A stretch of 34,416 nt of DNA from Verrucomicrobiota bacterium (GTDB lineage Bacteria > Verrucomicrobiota > Verrucomicrobiia > Limisphaerales > CANJXF01): contig JBBQRQ010000053.1 in the NCBI GenBank assembly GCA_038214755.1, positions 1 to 34,416 of the forward strand. Direction: 5' to 3'. Under the pieces are notes generated by a model. The model was not told the DNA's origin. It worked only from the letters and a program-made list of their open reading frames with translations, and did no database searches. The translations under genes and the position numbers were made by a program. Of this stretch, positions 34,348 to 34,416 are shown one piece after another (within the stretch, counting starts at the first letter, position 1; every line of letters starts with the position of its first letter).

Positions 34348-34416
34348 GTAGCGGCGCGTCTGTGACCGCCGCTGAAAAATACGAAAAAATATGCGGCGGT
34401 CACAGACGCGCCGCTA
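34348..34416. repeat. REP-like doublet, family H (right arm cut by window end)
   Basis: gtagcggcgcgtctgtgaccgccgc ... gcggcggtcacagacgcgccgcta. Confidence 0.88.

Noticed and set aside
1..34416. Autonomous mobile element, tRNA or rRNA
   Set aside because: No transposase, integrase or RAYT ORF and no cloverleaf or rRNA-like sequence recognised by eye

Overview
Bacterial chromosomal window, most likely from Verrucomicrobiota (inferred from the dcw gene order with an embedded LysM gene and the style of the proteins). 1-12859 is a minus-strand division/cell-wall (dcw) operon: mraZ, an orphan ORF, rsmH, ftsL-like, ftsI, murF, mraY, LysM protein, ftsW, murG, murB and the 5' end of ddl. murC, murD and murE are all absent from it, and a 9-codon MurD-like stub sits where murD is expected. 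13-21 kb holds housekeeping/metabolic genes (queA, PduO-type adenosyltransferase, amidase, rhamnulose aldolase/SDR fusion, Ada-like protein, M14 peptidase, RidA). 21.2-23.2 kb is a disrupted DNA methyltransferase/Mrr-like gene carrying inserted genes. 24.4-33.2 kb is a heavy-metal module (czcCBA-like plus P1B ATPase) with no regulator gene, headed by a candidate arrest-peptide leader. The most striking non-genic signal is a set of at least eight families of GTAG/GGAG-footed REP-like palindromic doublets. Two are inserted in frame inside genes, and two loci are coupled to duplications of gene starts (ddl x3, murG/murB junction x2) that appear to preserve translational coupling. No transposase, integrase, tRNA, rRNA or CRISPR array was recognised. 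All assignments are by eye, without database searches.
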